45,047 nt of DNA. Origin: Bdellovibrionota bacterium (lineage in GTDB: Bacteria; Bdellovibrionota; UBA1018; UBA923). Both the position numbers and the translations under genes were made by a program. The stretch lies in the NCBI GenBank assembly GCA_040754655.1, contig JBFMCE010000017.1:1-45047 (forward strand). The letters are read 5' to 3'. Below are positions 37,125 to 45,047 of the stretch, piece after piece; the first letter of the stretch is position 1, and each line of letters opens with the position of its first letter. The notes beneath the pieces were generated by a model. It was not told the DNA's origin, did no database searches, and saw only the letters and a list, made by a program, of their open reading frames with translations.

Positions 37125-38177
37125 TTAAAAGTAATAATACCTGAAAAGCAGGCATCTCAGCTCATCTAACTCAGGAAACTTCAAGAGATTGCGTCGAATA
37201 TTCTCAAAAGTGTTGCCAATGAACTTGAGATATCTGACGTCTTGCCGCTTCATGTAAAACGATGCGAACGAGCCTATCGCCTTGAAGTTTCTTTGGATCG
37301 ACATCAAATCAAAGATCCGAACGAACTCCTTCCGGTTTTCCTTTGCGCCCTCGGCCTTTTCCTTCGATCTCATGTAATACTCAACAAGTTCGTAAACGAC
37401 CTCTTCTTCAAGCTGGTAATAAGAATCCCTCAGCAATGAAGCTAGGTCATATTGCGCGCAACCTAGCCTGGCGTCTTGAAAATCGATCATGTACAGATTG
37501 TTGCCAGAAACCATCACATTCCTGCTGTGATAGTCACGGTGGGTGAAATACCAATCTTGCGAGGCCAGCTTCTTGCAAATCCATCGAAAGTACGAATTCA
37601 CGACTTTCGCTTCTTTCACCGGGATATTGCGCGCAAGCGCCCCATTATAGAAATGGGCCATGGTAAAGCCTATTTCCCACATCAGTTTTTCTTCGTCGAA
37701 ATACAGGCCGTAAGCATCGATAGGGGCGCTGGTCTTGGTGGCGACGACTTGCATATTGAGCAGCAAATCAATGGCCCTTTTAAACCAAACAAGCTGATCT
37801 CTCTTCTTTGAAACCCGCTCTAAGCGCTTGAGCAAGGTTTCATCACCCAAATCCGAGAGCAGCATCATTCCTTGTTTCGCTTCAAAATCGAGTATCTGCG
37901 GAACATTGACGCCGAGCTTGCTCAAGTGCCTTTGCACTTGCACGAAAGGGAGCTGCTCGCCCAGGTCATCAAACGGTTGAGTCTTCATTGCGATGAATGA
38001 CGAGTTTCGGGTTCTCACGCGATAATACCTGCGAGAAGAAGCATCGCCAGGAATTTGGGTCATCACCACGGAAGAACCCAATCTCGACAACCAAGACCGA
38101 ATAAGTTGTTGTTCTTGAGCGCGATCGCGCTCTATTTTATTTTTGGCAGACTGTTCAGCTTTTGCCTCGTGCCGCAT
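37125..38177 (-). CDS. amgK: Anomeric MurNAc/GlcNAc kinase AmgK-like (APH family)
   Basis: GDASSRRYYR, LSDLGD, HRDYHSRN, IDFQDA, YDLASLLRD, QRNFKAIGSF. Confidence 0.8.
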   Translation of the reverse strand: MRHEAKAEQSAKNKIERDRAQEQQLIRSWLSRLGSSVVMTQIPGDASSRRYYRVRTRNSSFIAMKTQPFDDLGEQLPFVQVQRHLSKLGVNVPQILDFEAKQGMMLLSDLGDETLLKRLERVSKKRDQLVWFKRAIDLLLNMQVVATKTSAPIDAYGLYFDEEKLMWEIGFTMAHFYNGALARNIPVKEAKVVNSYFRWICKKLASQDWYFTHRDYHSRNVMVSGNNLYMIDFQDARLGCAQYDLASLLRDSYYQLEEEVVYELVEYYMRSKEKAEGAKENRKEFVRIFDLMSIQRNFKAIGSFASFYMKRQDVRYLKFIGNTFENIRRNLLKFPELDELRCLLFRYYYF

Positions 38178-39030
38178 TCGCCTTCTTCTTTGTTTTGAAC
38201 TTCGCTTTCTTGACTTGAAGATGTGACTGAAGTCTCTCTTCAAATGCCTGACTCGTCACAATAGGATCCCGCAGAGGCGTCAATTTCGCAACACTTTCAC
38301 GCGCTTGAACGATTCTACTGTCAAAATCTGGAAGAATTTTGCCGAGCGCCCGCATTTGCTGTTGAAATGGATTGATCGAACAGCGCTGTACGAATGTAAC
38401 GGCCCCGCGCGGGTCAAACTTGGCGGCATAGATTATTTCAACGGCGGTTCTTTCAGCCTTCAAATAGGTTTCTTGCCCGAAATCAAAAAGACCGCCTGGC
38501 TGAAACCAGCCTTTCGTCAAGTAATCTGAGGCCGGTTCGATTGGAGTCGTCGGCAAAGTCACAAGACTCGACCCAAGTTCATGGCCTTGAAGATTGGCGA
38601 GATTACGAACCGTCGCCTGCTCTTTCAAGAGCGCGATCTGCGTCGCAAGAATGAAGGCCAGCTCGTTCTCATAATGAATCGCTTCCAACATGCCCACAGA
38701 AACATAGATGGTATCAACGATCCCAGCCGCTATATAGGGAGTGGCCGTTTCAAGTACCACGACCTTAACCGAACCCAGCCCGGCCGTATGACCGCGAGCG
38801 CTTGCCATGAGAAGGGCGATAGATTCTTTGAGATAGTGACGAACCACTTCATCTTCTCGTTCGCCAAATGCTTGAACCAAGTTTTGCGTGAGCTGGCTTG
38901 AAAGCGCCGACTTTTTATCATCGGGGATGAGCTGGGTTTCAGCTTCCCTCTTCTGGGAAGATTGACAGCCGCTGAATACGGTAAGACTTCCCAAGATCCC
39001 TAGAATGAGAAAACATTTGAAGTAGCGCAT
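38155..39030 (-). CDS. M48-like lipoprotein lacking HExxH (pseudopeptidase)
   Basis: Lipobox FSGC; IYVSVGML...ENELAFILATQIAL where HExxH is expected; AKFDPRG. Confidence 0.65.
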   Translation of the reverse strand: MRYFKCFLILGILGSLTVFSGCQSSQKREAETQLIPDDKKSALSSQLTQNLVQAFGEREDEVVRHYLKESIALLMASARGHTAGLGSVKVVVLETATPYIAAGIVDTIYVSVGMLEAIHYENELAFILATQIALLKEQATVRNLANLQGHELGSSLVTLPTTPIEPASDYLTKGWFQPGGLFDFGQETYLKAERTAVEIIYAAKFDPRGAVTFVQRCSINPFQQQMRALGKILPDFDSRIVQARESVAKLTPLRDPIVTSQAFEERLQSHLQVKKAKFKTKKKANAARGKS

Positions 39031-39119
39031 TACCTTAATAGGTAACAAATGCCGGGTTAATGGGCAACCATTCCGCAGAGTTTATAAGCCGCGATGGAAG
39101 AATGGATCTTACGAAGCCT

Positions 39120-39998
39120 TTAGTTTTGAACGCTGCCCGCTGGAGCTCTCACTTCAGCAGGAGCCGCTGCGCTATTAGGCTGACCCGGTTGAATTGGGGC
39201 ACCGCCGCCGCTGCCGCCATTGAGCATGGATTTTACTGACGCAGAATCTGGCAGAGAATCCGTGGTGCTCAGTTTCTCTCCGCCCCTTCTCGCCCGAATT
39301 TCTTCAGCCTCTTGTTTTTCTTGCTCAGTGATCTGGTAGTAAAGGTAAAAGCCGGCATAGATTAAGTTAGGATCTTTGATCAAAGCACGGTTATTCTCGT
39401 AAATCTTGCGCCATTTGCTGCGCTTAGCGTAAACATCGTCAGCGATAGATCCCAAAGTGTCGCCCTGCTTGATCATATAGGGCTCGCCATTGCGTTCAAC
39501 GGCTGGATCTGAAAAGGGTCTTTCATATTTGAGCTGCATTCCCACTTCGAGCTTGTTGGCGTTGGAAATGGCGTCTTTATTGAGTTCGTGCAGTGATTTC
39601 CATTTGAGGATGTCACCGTAAAGATTGAAGGCAATCTTCATCAAGGTATCTCCACGCTGCACCCCGTATTGAGCAACCTCGCCCGAGCCTGACATTTCAT
39701 TCGATGAAACCGCATTTTCACCTGTTGATTGAGGAGGCTCAGAGGTCACCGTCGCTTCGGCAGGTGGTTCTGAAGGAGGCGTTTCGGAAACAACTGGGTT
39801 CGCTTCAGTGGTTGCCACGCTTTCGGCAGGCACCTCGTCAGCGACAGGAAGGGCTTCAGGTTCGCCTGCGCCTTCGATCGCGGCAGTGTCAGCTTGAGCG
39901 ACTTCGTCAACGCTTTCTGCGCTCTGATCTTCTTTAGTATTTCCGCATCCACCTAAAACAAACGCGGTCAGCAATATCATTAGGAAAGCCAGTTTCAT
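39120..39998 (-). CDS. Lipoprotein with two LysM domains and an acidic Pro-rich linker
   Basis: Lipobox LGGC; YGVQRGDTLMKIA and YMIKQGDTLGSIA. Confidence 0.9.
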   Translation of the reverse strand: MKLAFLMILLTAFVLGGCGNTKEDQSAESVDEVAQADTAAIEGAGEPEALPVADEVPAESVATTEANPVVSETPPSEPPAEATVTSEPPQSTGENAVSSNEMSGSGEVAQYGVQRGDTLMKIAFNLYGDILKWKSLHELNKDAISNANKLEVGMQLKYERPFSDPAVERNGEPYMIKQGDTLGSIADDVYAKRSKWRKIYENNRALIKDPNLIYAGFYLYYQITEQEKQEAEEIRARRGGEKLSTTDSLPDSASVKSMLNGGSGGGAPIQPGQPNSAAAPAEVRAPAGSVQN

Positions 39999-40020
39999 GG
40001 CGGATTCTCCTTCAGCCATC

Positions 40021-40048
40021 CTTTCGGTGGTTGCTCTCGAAACCTTTA
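40021..40048 (-). promoter_or_regulatory. Putative sigma28-like promoter of the LysM lipoprotein
   Basis: TAAAGGTT-N12-ACCGAAAG upstream of SD GAAGGAG. Confidence 0.45.
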
Positions 40049-40104
40049 GGAAAATCGCCAGTTCTGATCACACACCGATAATCGCCATGCCAACCAGGCA
40101 GAAA

Positions 40105-40794
40105 CTACCGCGCAGGTAAAAACATTTCTTGTTGATCGAGCTCGCGGAAGATCAAACTGCCCAACCGATCAAAATCCTCGGGTCGATTGATGAAGTCATA
40201 GTTGTCTGAATCTACCACCAGTACTTTGCCCGTCTTGTAGTTCTCGATCCACTCGTCGTAATAACGATTTAAATTCAAGAGATAGGTATCGCTAATCTTC
40301 GTCTCGTAATCTCGCCCCCTCAAGGAGATGTTTGACTTGAGCTTGGGAAGGCTCTTTCTCAAATAGATCAAAAGATCAGGCGGCGTCAGGTAATTGCACA
40401 TCTCTTGATAGAGATCGAGATAGGTATGGTAATCGCGTTTCTCCATGTAACTGCTTTCAAAGAGATTTCTCGCAAAGATGTTCGCGTCTTCATAAATGCT
40501 TCGATCTTGGATCGCGCTGTTCGTGCTTTGATTGATGCGTTGATGCGCCTTAAACCGCGTATTTAAAAAGAAAATTTGAATCGGAAAAGACCAACGCGAC
40601 ATGTTGTCGTAGAAGTCGGCGAGGTAAGGATTGTCAACGACGACTTCGTAATGGGGCTCCCAGCCATACTTCTTTGAAAGGAGGCCGGTTAAGGTGGTCT
40701 TTCCGGTCCCGATATTGCCCGCTATGGAAATGAAAATCTTCGGACCTGCTCCAGCCTGTACCTGACCACCTAATGCCACTTGTCTTTCATCCAT
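40105..40794 (-). CDS. Deoxynucleoside kinase (dNK family)
   Basis: IAGNIGTGKTT, QIFFL, QDRSIYED, PDLLIYL, RGRDYE. Confidence 0.93.
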   Translation of the reverse strand: MDERQVALGGQVQAGAGPKIFISIAGNIGTGKTTLTGLLSKKYGWEPHYEVVVDNPYLADFYDNMSRWSFPIQIFFLNTRFKAHQRINQSTNSAIQDRSIYEDANIFARNLFESSYMEKRDYHTYLDLYQEMCNYLTPPDLLIYLRKSLPKLKSNISLRGRDYETKISDTYLLNLNRYYDEWIENYKTGKVLVVDSDNYDFINRPEDFDRLGSLIFRELDQQEMFLPAR

Positions 40795-40957
40795 AGGGTT
40801 GATCGATATCTAGGGTGAGTGCGAACGTCAAACTGCTCTGCGTTATCCGATCGGGAATGTCGACCATAGGAACTTAAAAAATTCGGTACCACTCAACCAA
40901 GTCTAGTCTAAAATAAGAAAACGCAGCTTCCCCACCCAATCACACGAAAGGTCCCCG

Positions 40958-41365
40958 ATGGTAGAGGCAGAAGACGTCTTCGATCCGAAACAATTTCAAT
41001 CCATTCGCCTCGAAATCGAATTCAAAGACCTGACGACGGGAACCGAAGTGCGGGATCACGGAAGGATCAGCCTGCAAGAAATCTCTGAGAAGACCCTTGT
41101 ACTCGAAGTTCCCGAGAAGAGTTGCAACGCCAGGCACAACGTCATGATCAAAATAAAGCAGCCGGATAAGAAGCAAAAAAAAGGAGCTGAATTCTTCTCG
41201 GTCACCGGAAAGGTCATCCAGCTCGAAGAAGCCGGCGAAGCCTCTTTGCGGGTAACCGTCGAGATACTGCAGTTCGACGACAAAAGTTGGAACGATTTTC
41301 AAAATCTCTTTTTGAATCGGCAAACGGAAATCGAAAACTTCTTGAAAGCCGCGAAAGGATATTGA
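40958..41365 (+). CDS. PilZ-like small beta-barrel protein (degenerate)
   Basis: LQEISEK (DxSxxG-like), FSVTGKV, C-terminal helix; no RxxxR. Confidence 0.5.
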   Translation: MVEAEDVFDPKQFQSIRLEIEFKDLTTGTEVRDHGRISLQEISEKTLVLEVPEKSCNARHNVMIKIKQPDKKQKKGAEFFSVTGKVIQLEEAGEASLRVTVEILQFDDKSWNDFQNLFLNRQTEIENFLKAAKGY

Positions 41366-41370
41366 GGACA

Positions 41371-42729
41371 ATGGTCAGCGGACGTGATTCAGCCGAAGCG
41401 AAAGCTTTCGCGAAATACATTGAAACAAGAAAAATTCTCATTGCCGATCCCAGCGCATCGGCGCGCTCAGGTCTTTTCAAGGTCTTCAATGATCTGGGCG
41501 CTAAAACGAGCCAAATCACGCTCGTGAACAGCTTCAAACAGGGGGTCGAGCAAATCACGGCGTTAAAACCTCACATCGTGGTCGCTGAGTATGAGCTTGG
41601 CAGGCGATGCGGCTTGGATCTGCTTCAAGCCCAGCGAGAGCAAGATCCCGGCACGGCAAAGCAAATGATCTTCGTGATCGCCACGGCAAATACCTCGCAA
41701 ACGGCGGTGGCCAAGGCCGCCGAAGAAGACATCGACGCTTACATCATTAAACCATTCACCGTCGAGATCGTGCGGAAGACTTTGATGAAGGCGGCCTTCT
41801 CGAAACTTCATCCCAGCCCTTATCTGGCCGCAATCGACGCTGGAAAGGCCTCTCTCGAAGAAGGGCGGCTCGACGAAGCGGAAAACCAGTTCGCAAAAGC
41901 GATCACCTTGGATCCGGCGCCAGCCCTGGCTTATTATTATTTGGGCCAGGTGAAGTTCATCCGCAAGATCACCGAGGAAGCGCGCGGAAGTTATTCACAA
42001 GGCCTCGAGTACAACAAGATTCATTACAAGTGCCTTGTCGGGCTTTACGAGCTCTTGATGGCCCAAAGGGATCACTCGCAGGCCTATGAGGTCGTCAAAA
42101 AAATCTCGCAATACTTTCCCGCCAACCCCAAGCGCTTGGGCGAGGTTTTGAGGCTTGCGATCATGAACGCGAAGTACGAGGACGTGGAAAGGTACTACGG
42201 GATTTTCATCAATATTGATGAGCGCGACGATATCCTCATCAAGTACATCTGCGCGGCTCTCGTAGTATGCGGAAGATATTATCTGGAGGCTGGCTCACGA
42301 ATAAGGGCGCTTGAATTGTTCCAAAAGGCGGCGGCCACCGGAACTGGGCGGGTCAAAATTCTTCGTGAGATCGTGCAAGTCTTGGTCGATCACGGACTCG
42401 CGAAGGAAGCCCGGAATTTTTTGAACAAGTTCCCTGCCGAGAGCCACACTTCGGAAGACTATCTCATCATGCGATTTCAGATTCTGAATCTCGAAGGCAA
42501 TCATTCGTTGCTTATCAGCGAGGGCCGCGACCTCTTGGCGAAAGGGCTGAGAGATCCCCGGCTGTTCACGATCATGCTGAACAGATCCGCTGAAGCCAAC
42601 CTCGATATGGCCGTAGACAATATCTACAATGACGCCATTCGCTTTTTCCCTGAAAGAAAAACTGAATTTGAAGAGCTTTATCAAGCCGCGAAAAACAAGC
42701 CTAAAGGCCCGAAGAACTCAAACGCCTAG
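41371..42729 (+). CDS. Atypical receiver domain plus TPR-repeat protein
   Basis: KILIADP...VVAEYEL...IATAN...YIIKPFT receiver; TPRs (AYYYLGQ); ATG 41371 after GAGG. Confidence 0.82.
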   Translation: MVSGRDSAEAKAFAKYIETRKILIADPSASARSGLFKVFNDLGAKTSQITLVNSFKQGVEQITALKPHIVVAEYELGRRCGLDLLQAQREQDPGTAKQMIFVIATANTSQTAVAKAAEEDIDAYIIKPFTVEIVRKTLMKAAFSKLHPSPYLAAIDAGKASLEEGRLDEAENQFAKAITLDPAPALAYYYLGQVKFIRKITEEARGSYSQGLEYNKIHYKCLVGLYELLMAQRDHSQAYEVVKKISQYFPANPKRLGEVLRLAIMNAKYEDVERYYGIFINIDERDDILIKYICAALVVCGRYYLEAGSRIRALELFQKAAATGTGRVKILREIVQVLVDHGLAKEARNFLNKFPAESHTSEDYLIMRFQILNLEGNHSLLISEGRDLLAKGLRDPRLFTIMLNRSAEANLDMAVDNIYNDAIRFFPERKTEFEELYQAAKNKPKGPKNSNA

Positions 42730-43584
42730 CTTCTTATCAAGCGAATCCAGCATCTCTTGAGCTTTGGGCAGCAAGGAATCCAGTTTTCGCGCTTTCAGCT
42801 CGGATTCCTTAAGACGCTTGCATCGGGTCAAAAACAACGACAACGCCCGCCGCGCCGGCCAATCGTGGCCCTCAAGACGCGTATAGAGAAACCCCAAGTG
42901 GTACAACACTTCAATGTGGTCAAGATGGGTTTCCTGGTCTTTCTTCAAAATTTCGGCCGCTTCAAGAGGGCGCGCCAATCCTTCGAGCAAACGCGCCTTT
43001 AAAATAGCGTATCGCTCCATTTCCGCTGAACTTGCAGGCTCGATTCCGTTCAGACGCGACAGACCTTGATCATAACGCTTCTGATCAAGGTCCAGCTCTA
43101 TAAGACCGTAAGTCGCACCGACATCCGCCGGTATGAGCTCTAAAATCGTATTGAGCGACTTCGCCGCGGGTCCATCAAGGTTAAGCCCCGACTGGCATTC
43201 TGATTTGAGCCTCAGTACCAAGAGATTGTCTTGGTCTTTCACTTCCATCGAATCGATCTCTCGAATGCACTCATCCCATCGCTTGACCTCAGAAAGACCC
43301 TTGGCCTCTTGGAACTTCTGAAAGGAAGCCGAGGTCACGAACTGCTCAGCAAACAAAATGCGCCTACTTGAGACTTCCTTCAGTTGAACTTTTGAGCGGC
43401 CGAGCTCGCGCGCCTTGTCGAGATGCAAGATCGCTTGTCTTCGATTTCCTTGGCTCATCGAGAGTTTCGCCTGGCGGATCGCGTTCTGAAACTCAAGATC
43501 GTTTTTCTTCTTGGGCGCGGCAATGCCGTCGGGTGAGAATATGCACGCAAAAAAAAGGAGGATGAAAGCGAAAACGGGATTCAT
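42718..43584 (-). CDS. Secreted TPR-repeat protein
   Basis: Signal peptide; helical repeats (VLYHLGFLY); ATGA overlap with the upstream gene. Confidence 0.7.
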   Translation of the reverse strand: MNPVFAFILLFFACIFSPDGIAAPKKKNDLEFQNAIRQAKLSMSQGNRRQAILHLDKARELGRSKVQLKEVSSRRILFAEQFVTSASFQKFQEAKGLSEVKRWDECIREIDSMEVKDQDNLLVLRLKSECQSGLNLDGPAAKSLNTILELIPADVGATYGLIELDLDQKRYDQGLSRLNGIEPASSAEMERYAILKARLLEGLARPLEAAEILKKDQETHLDHIEVLYHLGFLYTRLEGHDWPARRALSLFLTRCKRLKESELKARKLDSLLPKAQEMLDSLDKKLGV

Positions 43585-44636
43585 CTCCCACCCGATCCCA
43601 TCACAGCACTTACGAGCGCATCGCTATGCGCGAACAGCGACGCAAAACCACCGGTATGAATGAAAAGCACGCGATCGCCGAAGAACCTGGCTCGCTCAGG
43701 CGAAGCAGTCAATTCAGAGACCAAACCCCAGAGAGCCTTGCCAGTGTACACAGGATCGAGCAAGATCCCGTCTTCGCGTGCGACCTGAGCAATGAATTGG
43801 TAAAGCTCTGGGGTCGCTTGCGCGTAACCGGGCCCCGCATAGCCATCGATCACGTGAATATCGGCCGCCATCAAAGATACTGGCAGCCGGAACCGTTGAA
43901 TAGCGCCCAACGCAACGGCCTTTACCCGTTCAGACATCTCATTTGATGTTCTGCACACGTTAAAACTCACAATCTTGCATTCATCCCAATCATACAGATT
44001 GCGGCCCACCAACAACCCCGCATGCGTTCCGCCTGATCCATTGGCAACGACAATAGAGCTGAACCGCCCTGGCAGACCTTGTTTGCCAACCTGCTCGGTG
44101 ATCTCTCGAAAAGCATCGATGTATCCCATCGCCCCTACGTCACTGCTTCCGCCCTCGGGAATAAACAACGGGGTAACGCCGTCCCTGACGCGATACTCTT
44201 CAGCTGCATCGAAGAATGTTTTCCTGATATCGTCATAGGCTGCGTCGGTGATGAAGCGCAGCCGTGCGCCGCTGACATAGTCAATCAGGAGATTTCCTTG
44301 GAGAGGGCTTCCCGGAAGGGGTTGCGCCCCCCTCAGAAAGAGCACGCATTCAAGGCCCAATTGACGGCAAAGAACGGCCGTCGCCCTCGCGTGATTGCTC
44401 TGCAGCCCGCCACACGTGAAGACGACCTTCTTTCCTTTTTCAATCGCCTCAACCAACAGAAACTCAAGTTTTCTTATTTTGTTCCCGGCAGCCGGACCGT
44501 GTGTCAGATCATCTCTTTTGACAAAGAGATCGACCTTTCCAAGTTTCGAAACCTTTTGAGATAGAGCGGCGAGACGGTGGATCGGGGTCGGCGTTTGAGC
44601 GAGATTGAGCTTGTCCGGGATTGAAAACTTCGACAT
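43581..44636 (-). CDS. D-cysteine desulfhydrase / ACC deaminase family PLP enzyme
   Basis: TPIH, VKRDD, GNKIRKLEF, GGLQSNH, GSGGT, LDPVYTGK, IHTGG. Confidence 0.92.
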   Translation of the reverse strand: MSKFSIPDKLNLAQTPTPIHRLAALSQKVSKLGKVDLFVKRDDLTHGPAAGNKIRKLEFLLVEAIEKGKKVVFTCGGLQSNHARATAVLCRQLGLECVLFLRGAQPLPGSPLQGNLLIDYVSGARLRFITDAAYDDIRKTFFDAAEEYRVRDGVTPLFIPEGGSSDVGAMGYIDAFREITEQVGKQGLPGRFSSIVVANGSGGTHAGLLVGRNLYDWDECKIVSFNVCRTSNEMSERVKAVALGAIQRFRLPVSLMAADIHVIDGYAGPGYAQATPELYQFIAQVAREDGILLDPVYTGKALWGLVSELTASPERARFFGDRVLFIHTGGFASLFAHSDALVSAVMGSGGR

Positions 44637-44648
44637 AATTTTTCGAGG

Positions 44649-45047
44649 ATGATTAAAGCGGACGGTTCGAAAAAAGTCAAAGAAAGACTTGTACTTGCAA
44701 TTGCCGCTTTCTTCTTTGCTTCCGCCGCAAGTGCAGAAGTCTCGGAAAAGGATGTTCAAGCGCTCGAGCAGCAAGAATTTGGCATAATACCTCCTTCAAA
44801 CTCCCAACCGACTCAGAAAACGCCGCCTGCCGCGAAAGAGCGAAAGAGCCCCTCCGAAGACCTTCAACCAGGCTCACGCGCCGAACAACTTCGACCCATC
44901 GAAGCGGAAGAGTTCAATGTCAGGCTGGTGAAGACTAGTTCTTCAGGTCGCGTTCTTCTGCTTGAAGATTTTTCTGAAAACCATCCTCGCCCGGGCAAGA
45001 TCCTGCTTCTCAAGCAGGATAAAGAGGATGTCGCGGCGATTCGGGTT
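44649..45047 (+). CDS. Secreted hypothetical protein, runs off the window edge
   Basis: Not in the ORF track. Manual translation MIKADGSKKVKERLVLAIAAFFFASAASA-EVSEKD..., open to the window end. Confidence 0.65.
   Translation, partial: MIKADGSKKVKERLVLAIAAFFFASAASAEVSEKDVQALEQQEFGIIPPSNSQPTQKTPPAAKERKSPSEDLQPGSRAEQLRPIEAEEFNVRLVKTSSSGRVLLLEDFSENHPRPGKILLLKQDKEDVAAIRV

Noticed and set aside
1..45047. CRISPR array, tRNA/rRNA, riboswitch, IS element or anti-phage defence island
   Set aside because: No spaced repeats, cloverleafs, transposases or recognisable defence genes seen; intergenic regions are all under about 200 bp. A covariance-model search was not possible.

Overview
Gene-dense chromosomal segment of about 43 CDSs with no rRNA, tRNA, CRISPR array or intact mobile element that I can support. 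Gene content (SpoVG, DUF1844, DUF1640, trmFO/xerC, several sigma54 activators, HD-GYP/PilZ proteins, FecR-Fn3 protein) suggests Bdellovibrionota/Oligoflexia or a related deltaproteobacterial lineage; this is inference. Blocks in order: LPS/surface glycosylation genes around an HU-like gene; a tandem pair of sigma54 enhancer-binding proteins (bEBPs), each with its own -24/-12 promoter; M48 peptidase, S1/P1 nuclease and a DUF1640 pseudogene; divergent xerC/trmFO; LemA-TPM-TPM; FecR-Fn3, Doc-like Fic and GT2; an orphan Cache sensor; htpX-DUF1844-degP-clpB then spoVG; an endonuclease IV-like gene; a GAF-PilT/U operon with a sigma28-like promoter facing an operon of apparently degenerate signalling proteins ending in an atypical HD-GYP, next to a membrane PilZ-like gene; anmK, murU and amgK peptidoglycan recycling with LysM and pseudo-M48 lipoproteins; dNK, PilZ-like, atypical receiver-TPR, TPR and D-cysteine desulfhydrase. 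Best candidates for undescribed systems: (i) the sigma54 bEBP cascade with a 13-bp palindromic putative enhancer, and (ii) the GAF/PilT, pseudo-enzyme, HD-GYP and PilZ cluster. All family calls come from motif recognition by eye, not database searches.
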